Assembly: GCA_035084275.1 (NCBI GenBank)
Contig: CM068749.1
Span: 18,290,001-18,354,000 of the forward strand
Origin: Hydrolagus colliei
Taxonomy: Eukaryota
Length of the DNA: 64,000 nt
Direction of reading: 5' to 3'
Shown here piece after piece: positions 13,988 through 25,800 of this stretch. How positions within the stretch are numbered: the stretch's first letter is position 1; each line of letters opens with the position of its first letter. The notes beneath the pieces were generated by a model. The model was given only the letters and a program-made list of their open reading frames with translations. It searched no databases and was not told the DNA's origin. Position numbers and translations under genes: made by a program.

Positions 13988-14362
13988 CACCACAACAACA
14001 ACAAAATTACATTTGTGTAGCGCCTTTCATGTCAGGAGGATGTCCCATGGCGCTGGACAGTTATTGATTCAGACACGAGCTGAGTTCGGGGGGGGGGTGT
14101 GGGTGAGGAGTTGACGATGGATTCATCGAAGAGGAATCTTGAAGCAAGACTTGAAGGAGGCTAGGGAGGGGGCGAGGCAGAGGCACTTCAGGATGGAGTT
14201 CCAGAGGTTGGGGCAGAGTGGCTGAAGGCTCGCCCACCAATGGTTGGGCGGTTGGGTCGGGGGACGTGGAGCAGGCCAGAGCCTGCTGAACGGAGGTTGA
14301 TAAGGGGATAGGTCACAGATGTAGGGTGGGGCGAGGTCGTGGAGGGCTTTAAACAGGGATGA
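13988..14362 (-). mobile_element. L2-clade LINE 3' fragment
   Basis: (caa)n tail followed by tttgtgtagcgcctttca; purine-rich body typical of an antisense L2 3' end. Confidence 0.75.
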
Positions 14363-15294
14363 AGTGAGTGACTAATTATATCTGGGGAATTGTTGACCAG
14401 AAGAAACTCCCTTCTATTTTAAAACTATTTCATGGGATATTTAACTTTCACCTCAACAGGCAGTATCTTAGTTGAAAGATTCATCCAACAGTCTAATGCT
14501 GCTTTCCTCCCACAGTGCTCCCCAAGCACTGGGTTACAGTTTGAACACATTGCACTGACATCCATAATAGGGAATGGGTCAAATAAGACATTTCCAGTAT
14601 CTGTATTTACTATAAGTACAGTACTGTGTACTGTTTAAGTTGGGATTTGTAATTAACAAATCAAGGCAGTGATATAAATTGTTTATCACTGTTCCAAATG
14701 TTTTGAAGTACAGTATTTGGCTTTAAAGGTTAGCAAAACGTTAAAAAATTGTAATGATTGACAATTTGTTTCTGTTGGAAATATGTATTTGATTTGTTAA
14801 ACAACCAAAGTTAATTAAGCAGTGTTTTTTGTAATTAAAAAAGAAAGATTATGGCATGAAGAACTGAACACATATCTAAATAATGTAATGTCTGTAAATT
14901 CTAAAAGCTATACTGGTTAAAAGTAAGTAACTTCTGTTTGCAGAATTTTCACTTTCATTGAGATTTTGTTCCACACCCAGGTAAATACAATAAAATTAGT
15001 CCTATTTGGAACAGTAAAGGGTGTCAAACTGTGTGTTTTTGATGAACCCTTTTATTTGTCCGAGCTTCTGTGTGTATTTTAAGAAAGATAAATATGGAAA
15101 ATGACATTGAGAGTAGGCTGCATATCATTACTTGTGGAAAAGATGACTAATGGGTTTAGTCAGTTTGCAATACATGATCTCATTCAACCTTTGTTAATAA
15201 CACATTAGTCCTGACTGTATTTAGCTTTGATTTGATTAATCTGGATACCAAATGTTTCACATTTGAATAACCTTGAATCTGCACAAGTTTTATT

Positions 15295-15590
15295 TAATAA
15301 TAGTACTTGCATTTGATATAGCGCTTTTCATGTCTTTGAGACGTCTCAAAGAGCTTCACTGAATATATTGTAAAGGGAATTGATTGTATTTTTGTGAGAT
15401 AAACACGGCAGCCAATTGCGCACAACAGTGTACCACAAACAGTCGTGGATTGAGTTATATAATTAGCATTGTATTTTTGTTTCGTTTTTCTTGAGGGATG
15501 TTATCAGGCATGTGTAGTAAGGAAATTTGCCCAAGATATCACCCAGCTGAGAATCAAACCCGGGTCTCTCGCCTGCGAGACAAGTGTTAT
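15295..15590 (-). mobile_element. Deu-type SINE, diverged
   Basis: Family tail, core and partial head present. Confidence 0.85.
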
Positions 15591-16620
15591 CATTTTCTTT
15601 TTTAAAATCTCTATTTCAAGCAATAAGTGTCGAAAACAATTCTAACGGAAGAAGGACGTTAAGAGAATTTGGATTTGGAATGTGTTAGCTCTGATGGTCA
15701 ATTTCATACAAATCACCATTGTTGCCTGAAGGGCAAATAATTAAATTACTTCTGGGTAATGAATGCTTACTTTTCATTAAATGGAACATTAACTGCTTAC
15801 CAAAAGTATGCATAAATATTGCTGTGCACTCTTTATACTCAATTTTGTAAAATATAACCATGTATGATTCAATCTGATTATGCAAACATTTTGCTGTGTA
15901 TGCACCAGATTTTCATCATGTTATTGTGGAACAAGGCATGAAGCTTTTTTAAGTGCGTTATGAAGTGTTTTTGATGACCATTACTTAAGGGCTCGTGGCT
16001 GTTCCAAATTCTTTTATCTTTACATCCCTTTGCTTGTCACCTGGAAGATGGGAATTTGAGATTCCGAGTTAAGTGTTACAGAAATAATGAAAGCCAGTCT
16101 TCCACTTAAACACTGGTTAATCCTAAACCTCATCATGTCCCAGCCTGTGACCCATAGCCGTGCTCCTATCATCACCATCTACATCAGATACCAAACGCCC
16201 ATTAAACCCACCAAGTTGTTTCTCATTTTGTCAGTCGTATTTAGCGCTATTGAGGCATGAACGCCAAATTCCATTAGTGTTTTACAAAGTGCACTGGGTA
16301 TAAGGTAATGTAAATTAAGAGTAACTCGTTGTTAAGAATGTTTGTGTGTATTCCACAAACTCGGGTCACTAAAATAAAGTATTGGAAATAAGTAAAGTAA
16401 AAGTAATTTGTCAAAAGCACTTACCTAAGACCATTTCCTAAGGTGAAGCTAGCAAATAATGCCCTTAGATTGAGAGGCCTGGAGTGATCTAATCTCCACT
16501 TGCTTTGAAGTCTGCATTGCCATCTAGGATGTGCATAAGAAGTCCTCAATTACTCACATCATACACAATGATTTAGTGTGGAGCCAAATTCAATGCAATC
16601 TACTTTTCTGATCATGGGGG

Positions 16621-16806
16621 ATAATCCCTTAAAAAATAAACAATAATAAATTAGTCATTTCAATCCCCGACACTACAGTGCGCAATTGGCTGCCGCATTT
16701 CACCCACAAATGTAATCGATTTACTTTACAGTATATTCTGTGAAGCGCTTTGAGACGTCTAGAAGACGTGAAAAGCACTATATCAAATGCAAGGATTATT
16801 ATTATT
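16621..16806 (+). mobile_element. Deu-type SINE, 5'-truncated
   Basis: Core and tail only. Confidence 0.85.
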
Positions 16807-17180
16807 AAAAATTTATTCTAGAGAATCATTGGACCTTGTGTGCATGAGGAAAACCATGGTGCCAGGAGCTTGACCTGAGTGGTCAAGTTGCACCTAAATG
16901 GTGCAAGTTCTTTTTCAAATTTGAATTTGTTTTCACTTGAATTTAATTGAATAAATGTACCTTCCGTAAGTTATTTGGCATATATACCTTTATTTTACAG
17001 TTACATAGCAGAAGACATGATCAAATATTTTTAAACATTTACAACAAATTTCTTTACAACAATTATCTGAAAAACAAAAAAATGACTTGAATGGAATATA
17101 GACCTATTAAATAGGCACAGATTACTATCTGCTTTTGCTTACAAACGTTAAAGTACAACCAGCAATACAGACTTTGTTCC

Positions 17181-17186
17181 TTTATT
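17181..17186 (-). terminator. Polyadenylation signal AATAAA (candidate major site)
   Basis: Canonical hexamer followed in mRNA sense by a GU-rich tract (tctgtattgctggttgtacttt). Confidence 0.55.
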
Positions 17187-18034
17187 AAAACAGTGAGGTA
17201 GGTATATTTGAAAGATATAGCTGAACAAAGTATTAGGACAGAACATTTACAATCTTAATTATGTTTCTGAAACAACAAAAGCTACAGAAGGTATATAACC
17301 CCTGCAATTAAAAATAGAGCTGCCAATGTCCCCAATACATCACCAGGCTGAAACCTAGCATACGTTTAAAGTAATTCAATTGGTTCAGCAAATATTCTTA
17401 CCAACACAATGGGTTGAATCACTAGAATCCTTGAGTCAATGTCAAAGTGAGAAAGCACACAAGACAAAAAGATGTTGTAGTTCATTACATTCTATGATTT
17501 TGTTTATACATCAGCATGCTGTTTGGGTAATGTATTTTTTAAACATTCTAAGACACCAAATTTGTACATGCAACATGAAAGTACACAAATCTACACTTTT
17601 AAGAAGGCACCAGCAAAAAAAATCCCTTTTAAAAGCAGTTAGCCTCCCTCTAAAATATTACAATATTTTGTTGGGTAAATATTAGATGCATCGTGTTTTG
17701 AGGTACTTCCAAATTATGTTATGAAAATTGAATATTTCTAGAATTTTTCACAACCGATGAATAAACAAGATCTGATGCTGAAACTTGCCTTCAACACGCC
17801 TGTCTTACATGAAGAATCTCATATCAACTCAACAAAAGAGGGATGGCTGCAGCTTCCAAAAGTAGTCAGCAGGACATGGCAGATGATAGTTTATTTGAAA
17901 GGTTTTAATTTTTTTGGAGAAAAGGGAGAACAATAATATTTTAAAAGATTGATTGTTAATTTACAGCACATTAAATAGAATAGTGTCTAATGTAGATTTA
18001 ACAAAGAGTGTAGTACATTAGTGAAGGGGAAATG

Positions 18035-18143
18035 AATAATAATAATCCTAGCATTTGACATAGCACCTTATCACGTCTTCTAGACGCATCAAAGCGCTTC
18101 ACAGAATAACTGGAAACTTAATTGTATATTTTGTGGGCGAAAT
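18035..18143 (-). mobile_element. SINE tail fragment inside the putative TGFBR3 3'UTR
   Basis: aataataatcctagcatttga...cttctagacg..aaagcgcttcacagaa. Confidence 0.8.
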
Positions 18144-19692
18144 TAAAACTACATTAAACTGCTCATTGGAACCGCTCAATATACACATTGCTAAGAAATG
18201 TACTGTGAAAGGAAACAAGGATTAGTTAACAAGAGATTCCGCTTCTGTTTAATTTAGTGTCTCAACTTGCCACATGTGTTTTTTTTTGGGTGTTTTTGCA
18301 TCACAGACGATTGATATTTGTTCAAAATATCATAACATTGTTTTTAATTTCTTTGGAACCATATCTACCTATAATTTGAAACTTTACATTCAGTTATTTG
18401 TCTTGCAGCAGTTTATGTATATTTATTAGGTACAATATGGTTGTCACTTTTAATCAAATTAAAATAAAAAATGCCTCCCTTCTCCTAAGTCATAATGATA
18501 AGTGCCCCATTCAGATTTCTTTTAATAACTATTATTTTGATTAATCAAATCAATATTAAACAACCAAAAAGTATTTCCTGGGGAATTTGTAAGAACTGGT
18601 AGCAAGATAGAAAAATACATTATAAAATTCCTTTTTAAAAAAAATTCACAGTTAGCAAAATTCATACATTTGTTAGAAATGAATTTCATTTAAGTAAATA
18701 GCTTTAACATTGGTGATTCTTACACAACAATTCAATATACAGTGAAAATATAGCTATGTTACTAAAATACTCTGTACTGTTCTCTGGAGCGTTCTATAGA
18801 TATTTATACACAAGAAATACAAGTAGGTTATTAATTTTGATGTAAAATACATTCAGCTGTATACCATGCAGTAAGCAATACCATGAAGAACACAATTTGC
18901 AGAAAAGCACAATAATAGAACATTCAGGATATTTGATGACTGAGACAGTTTGTCTTGAAAAATACATATATTAAAAAGTACTCCTTAGACTGATTCAAAG
19001 TCTTGTTTTTTTTTAAAAAACTAGAAAAAGATTAATGAATGCTGCCAAATATTTGCAAAAGTCAACATGTCGTATTTTTGAAAAACACCTGTCCAAGTCA
19101 TTGACAAAAAAATTGACCTACATTTTCAATTGTTAGAATTTTCCTCAAAAGTGTAGCTGATCAAATTTACAGTATTACAAATTTTGTAACAAGATATTTC
19201 ACAAAATTAGTATGAATGGGGACCCTAACTGATGCATCTTTTTCTGGAATCCATAAAATAATCTTTTTATATATATCTGCTCTCTGATCAGTTTGTTTTT
19301 AAACTTTAAAATTTGAACAGCTTCCCACGGTATACAGCACGTTTCCCCTATGTACATACATTTCATAAAAGTAGGAAATGGCTGTATTGTAGCAATAAAG
19401 CAGCAAAGAAAAATATCTGGTACAAATTTCACATAAGGAACTCATAAATGGTTAGCAAGTTCCTAGCGCAGGGTAATTAGTAGTTTTGTCACATATGCTG
19501 TTGTGTGCTTGAGAAAAAGTTGGTTTGCCTAAAGTATACAGCAACTTAGGTGATTTGTACTTTAAAAGCATGTCCCAGGTCTCAAGGGCAAACGAGAATC
19601 TTCTTTTTATCCTCAGAGCACAAACATTTAACAATTAGGCATGTTGAACCTTGCCCTTATATTCCACTTCCTCCAAGTTATTTCCCCCAGGG

Positions 19693-19811
19693 TTAGGCAG
19701 TACTGCTGCTGGAACAGGGAGTGCTTTGTGTGCTCCCAATGCTGTGTGCAGTGCTGCTGTTTTCAGATGCTGGGGGAGATGTGGGGACTGGCTGCCTCCC
19801 CACTGTTTCAC
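19693..19811 (-). CDS. TGFBR3: TGFBR3 last coding exon (cytoplasmic tail): [39 protein letters not shown]
   Basis: Acceptor cttctccag; TAA at 19693-19695; ends in the class I PDZ ligand STA. Confidence 0.97.
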
Positions 19812-22800
19812 CTGGAGAAGGTTAGAAGGCAAACAATTAGTCAAAATGTTAAACGTTTCTAAAGACCCACGTCATTTCAATCCTACAGAAATGTAACTAC
19901 CATTAGATATTTTTTGTACCTGGAAAGATGAACACATTCAATAAAGACATTGATATTCTTCAAAAAATAATATTTTGTTATGATTTAGAGTAATTAATCC
20001 TCAATATGTGAAATGGAATTTAGGCAAAGCTTGATGTTCTCTATTATCCAAAAGCTCTTCAACTTCATAACACATACCCCAAACTTCTTCAACGTATTAT
20101 TACAAATATATAAACAGATAATAATAATCCTTGCTTTTGACAAAGCACTTGTCATGTCTTCTAGACATCCTCAAAGCGCTTCACAGAATATATTGTAAAG
20201 TGAATTGACTGTACATTTGTGGACGAAACACGGCAGCCAATTGCGCACAGCAGTTCCCACAAACAGCCATGGATTGAAATGATCAATTTATTATTGTTTT
20301 TTTGAGGGATTATTATCAGGTGTGCCCATTATCAGAAAAGGAAATTGCATTGAATTTTGCTCCATGTTAAAACTTGTGAGAGTGCTCCTTATGGTAAGTC
20401 TCATCTTAATGTTAGACTCCCCCCCCATATGGTGAATTTTTTTTGAGGGATTATTATTAGGTGTGTGGAGTAAGGAAACTTGCCTAAGTTTCACCCTGCC
20501 TGGAATTGAATCCAGGTCCCTCGCTTGTAAGGCGAGTGCTCTACCCACTGAGCTACAGGACTCCGCATAATAGATATAATTATTCAAAAGCCACAGAGTA
20601 CTGTTTTGTTGATTCAACAAATGGAGGTGCTTTTATCAGAGCTCCCTTTTCAAGGCCCCTCAGTTCTTGGAATCTTTGCCAAGAAAGGAGGTTGTCCCAG
20701 ATTCATGCAAGACGTCAGAGCAGGCAATGATCCACTACTCATATCCCAGGTTGGTAACTTAATCTACATTCAACCACTTCCCAAACCACTCTGTGGTTAA
20801 CAAAAAACGTACTGCTAAAAACTTTAGCCGTCCTTTTAGTTCATGGTTTCAGTGGCTGAGGAAATAATTTTACCATTTAATAACAATAAAATGACATTTA
20901 CAAAGCACCTTTCACGTCGGGAGGACGTCCCAAGGCGCTGAGTAAGTAATTACTGAATAGGTAATACAGTTTGTCTAACCTGTTTGTCAATATCAGAGTA
21001 TTGACATCAAAGTTTTCAAAAACAAAGTATGGAAATACATTAGTTTTAAAACTCAATCAGTCCTGAACATGTTTGTTTAGCGGACTCCACATGACAGGGA
21101 AAAGAGACAGATGAGGGTGGAATGTATAAAAATAACCTGTATTGTTTAAGGTTGAAATAAATTCAACTCCTAGCAATAAACCAACTGTTTTCTATCACTA
21201 CTTGACTGAGGCACATGCTTAAATATTACAGGGAAAACTGCCAGCACAACTCCTGTTGCAGGAAATCTGACTGATATATTTTTCCATCTTTAAAAATCTG
21301 ATTTGATTTTACTATGACCTGGATTCAGATTCAGCACAAGTTGTGGGGGGGGGAACTGTGGAATCTGAGAAGGCCACTAAAACTTACAAAGAGCATGATA
21401 GCATATGCATATGGGCTGATTTTATTTGATGAATGTCAAAAGTCAATACACATAAATACAGAATCTGCATTTAAGAAGTAAAAATAGGAGGCGTATATAC
21501 TCCATGGATGGGATATACTTGTCAAAGGGCTAAGCTGAAAAAGACCTAAGGGCGTTACATGACTCATTGTTCACCATGTTATAACAGTGTACAATTAATA
21601 AGGCAGAGAGATTGCTGAGGTACATGGTCAAATCAGTTGTTCAGATTCCCAGAAGTCACACCAGTTGTACAGTGCTGTGGTCTGGTTGCACCTGGACTTC
21701 TACATATAGTTCTGATTGCCGTAACAGAAAGGGGCTATCAAGGATCTAGTTCAGAGGAAAGCTACGAGGAAGATCTTGTCTCATAGGTAACATTATGGAG
21801 CTGCATAAGGTTTTAAATGGATTTGCTCAAATAGTAACAAGCTGAATTAGGATTGCAAAGGGCAATTTCAGGACAAACACCAGGAAGTAATTCTTTACTC
21901 AGAGGGTAATTAGCAACTGGAATAGATTCCCAGAAAGGGAAGTTGAAACCAAGAAGTTGAGATGATTTAAAAATGAGTTTGTCATGGGACGACAAAGGTG
22001 GGTGTTCAGGATGGATGAGATCAAATGGGCCAAAGGACTTCCTGCATCCAAACCTCCTTTGTGATTTTGTGAATAAGGCAGTCCGTTCTCTGATTTTTAT
22101 GGGTCAAATGGATCCCAAAGCTCCCTCTCCCACTCACTGAAGCTCAATGAGGCTGCTTTGGTAAATGGACAATTCCTTACAATCAGTAATGTCATCAGAA
22201 CAGCTTTGGAATAGAGACCGACAGTCCAAACAGAAAAGTGAGTGTTTTGCATTACAAATAATGATAAACTTTCCTTGTAAAAACCCTTCCACCAGGGAAA
22301 ATTTGAACTGACAGGAGTCTCTGGATTTATCACTCACTTAATCATTGTTTTGTAAATTATTATGCAGCCAATAGATGGAAAAGGGTGAAACTATCCACAG
22401 TATCAAGAAGTTGAAGGTGAGTCCTAGAAACTTTACAGGAATGCTACATTTTGTTGAATTTTGTTGAAGACTATGTTCAATCCAACTGCATTAGTGAGTG
22501 CAATATTTTTGCTATTTTGAGCCACCATCACTCACACACAGCTTTAATACCCAAACATGACGTACCACATATTTTTCTCCCGGTGCAGTTTTATGGCTAA
22601 CACTTCCCGGGGACCTTCAAAAATTGTTTCTGACTTAAACCCGTGCAGCTGTTTTGAAAAACGAGTGTCAAGAGAGATGTTGCAGGTCATAACTCTTGAA
22701 TAAATACCTTAATTTTTTTGCACACTAAAGACAGAGTATGGATTTTCCTCTTGAGGTTTGCAACTACTAGGTCAAAAATATGACTTTCCAGCTGCTCAAT

Positions 22801-25800
22801 CATTTATTTACAAATTAATGAACAGTTAGGAAGCGTTCATATGTGGGCCTATTTCACAATAAATGTAATTAGTATCTTATGGTCCTATCTAACACAAGTT
22901 TACGTCAATAACATTTTTATTATGGACTATGTTGTTGGTTTGTAAATGCATTGGGGGGTGGGGGGAAGCAAAAGGCAAATTACAAAAATGTTGTAATTTA
23001 AAATGGAGGAACCACTCTGATCAGGGTGAGCTGGATAATAATAATTTTCCCTTCCTTGAAGACTGAACATCTGCGCTATCATATTCCCCAAGACAGAAAC
23101 CCGTTATAAGCCAAAAGTTGTAGTTCATAAAATCGTAACCACCAGAATACATACAGAAAGCCACCTAGTTTCCCGCATTTAAATGTAATTTACAACTCGT
23201 TGGTGGTGGTGGTGATGGTATGACAAGGTCCAAGCTCTCACTTTACAACATATTCCTTAAAGGATAGTTTACTGTCTCCAAGTGCTTTCATCTTAAACCT
23301 TTCTAGCTTCGTAAACATTTCCACTTCCCTCCTTCCCCTCAAAATCAAAATAACTATTTTCTGTAAGCACAATTTGGATGAGCAGGTTTAGTTAGATATA
23401 CCTGACATACCTGTGTGCGAGTAAATGTACCACAAAGCTCCTGTCAACAGGGCACCAATCACAAATGCTGCAAAAGCAATTCCCACAACTGTTGGAGTAT
23501 CCAGGCCATATACGATATCTGAAATATAAATAAAATTATGCCGTTATATAAATGTTTCAAATGTATGTATATTGCCATGCTCGAAAAAGTGTAATTTGAG
23601 CATAGCTTCTAAAATTGTTGTCAAAGCAGAGTAATGCAACATATAGGAACCAGTTACTGTGTGATCCAATTGAATTACCTTAAATTTTTTTTATAGTATC
23701 GAATATTTCACTTAATTATTTTCATCTTTAGATACACAGGCTATTTACCGGGACTGGGACGCAAAATAAAATTAATATTTTGAGTACCTTATTTGGTACT
23801 CTATCTAGATCACTTTACATACTTTCCTTATGTAATAGAGAAATTCAAACTCAAATTCAGAAATTCACAATTTTAACATGTTGCCAAATTAGTTTTAAAT
23901 ATCATTCACAATGAAATAGCATCAAAAATATACTAATAATCACACCTATTAAGATAATCATGAACACATTTAAGCGTGATCATCAACAGACAGAGGCTAA
24001 AAAACTAGAATAGCAAAGCACAGAAAAAATGTGTTTTGTGAATCTATTATCAGATGGGTTATATTATTTAGACATTGTTTCTAATTTCCTTTGTTATCAA
24101 TAATGCTTTTCACGACTAACTTTGTCTGACAGGGAACTATGACTAATGAATGATAAAAGGTAGCTTTTAACTTACATGGCTGTGGCTTCTCTGGATTCAT
24201 ACGTGGTTCTTCTGTTTGAATCAAACAAAAATACATATAAGCAGTCATACTACAATTTATACAAGTCATACAAACAAAGCATCTCCTTTATGTGAAACAT
24301 TTTAATTAATGAAGCCAAACAATGCACACTTTATATACAGCTACAAAGTAGCAAAAGATGAATTATACACATGATTTATCCACCTCTCTGCATGGGCAGA
24401 AATTCCACTGTTTGGGAATAAGTGTGAATCAAGATATTGTAGCATATTCCACACATAGAAACCATAGATATGATCATACACTGATCATAATACTAAATTA
24501 TTGTAACAAAGACCGATTGCTGAGTTAAATTTCCTCTGTACTGCGTAACCTTACCATCTGTGCACAGGCAGTTTATTTGCAAGGGTTTTGGTTTGCCTTT
24601 AGGTGCAGCTTCATTTCATGCTGCCTTTTAGTTTGATATCATCAGGAAATGAATCAGTAAGATTCTCTGAACTCAATTCAGTTTTCCAGCTACTCTAGAT
24701 TTAAATATTTTGTTATGTGTAAATACTTCAAACCTATAACCTATATTCCAGGCAGGGTGAGACCTTGGGCAAGTTTCCTTACTCCATAGCCTGATAATAT
24801 TCCCTCAAGAAAAACCCAATAATAAATTGGTGATTTCAAACTAATACTGCTTGTGGGACGCTGCTGTGTGCAATTGGCTGCCGGGTTTTGCACACAAATA
24901 TACAGCCAATTCACTTTATAGTACATTCTTTACAGTGTAAAGCACTTTGAGACATCTAGAACACATGAAAAGCACTACATCAAATGCAAGGATTATTATG
25001 AATAATAATACAAAGTAAGTCACTCATCTGTTCAGCAGCTGAATTTTGTATCTCATGAGCTAGTTTGAATTAAAAAAAATTTGAATGCCTGGATTCCACT
25101 AATTATAATCACATGTACTGATGAACATATGATGCATTTCAACCTTCAAACGAAACCTACTTTGAATAATGCAGAGAAAATTATTTATATAACACTAGAA
25201 AAAAAAATTAACGTTACGAATTATGATGACATGCCAGAACAAGAAAGCGTGTCTGTTTTTGAAAACTTGCAACCATAATGCAGTCTTCAGATCAGTTTTG
25301 CCATTGGTAAAATTGCAATAAACGGAAAAGCGGTAAAAGTTTTGCTCTTACGTAACTCAATTATCTGTTTAAAATGCTTGAGCAGAGAATTGCTGGATAT
25401 CACAGAACATTGTGATCTTAAAAAATTGGATTGCTCGGCATGATTCCAGTACCAGACAAGAACAACATAACCTCTTCTCCAGATTTGACTCTGGATTTGT
25501 CCTCGACATATTGAGCATCCAGTGAAAAAGCGCTGAAGTAAAAGTCACATAAGTCGTGTCAGTTATGACATTTAATAATGACTTATGTGGAGTTTGAGAT
25601 AAAAACAAGCTTGTAAAAGTCGTATAAATCTGATTTAATCAATCATTTACACTGCACATGTTTAATTCAATGCAGTCTACGTTTCCAGTGGTTCAATGTG
25701 GCCAGCCAGTAAGTGAGCATGCAATGACATGTTAGGGTGTAATTTCCCGTAATTCAATGCAGTCAGTAAGTACTGGAGTATTGGAGGAAACAAAAGTGGC

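Larger units (their letters stand above)
16965..19692 (-). other. TGFBR3: TGFBR3 3'UTR (putative extent)
   Basis: U-rich sequence after the stop; AATAAA on the minus strand at 17181-17186 and 16989-16994; several miRNA seed matches and a PUM motif. Confidence 0.6.

Noticed and set aside
25660-25768. Short repeat taattcaatgcagtc occurring twice
   Set aside because: A 15-bp local duplication only, with no array or further structure.
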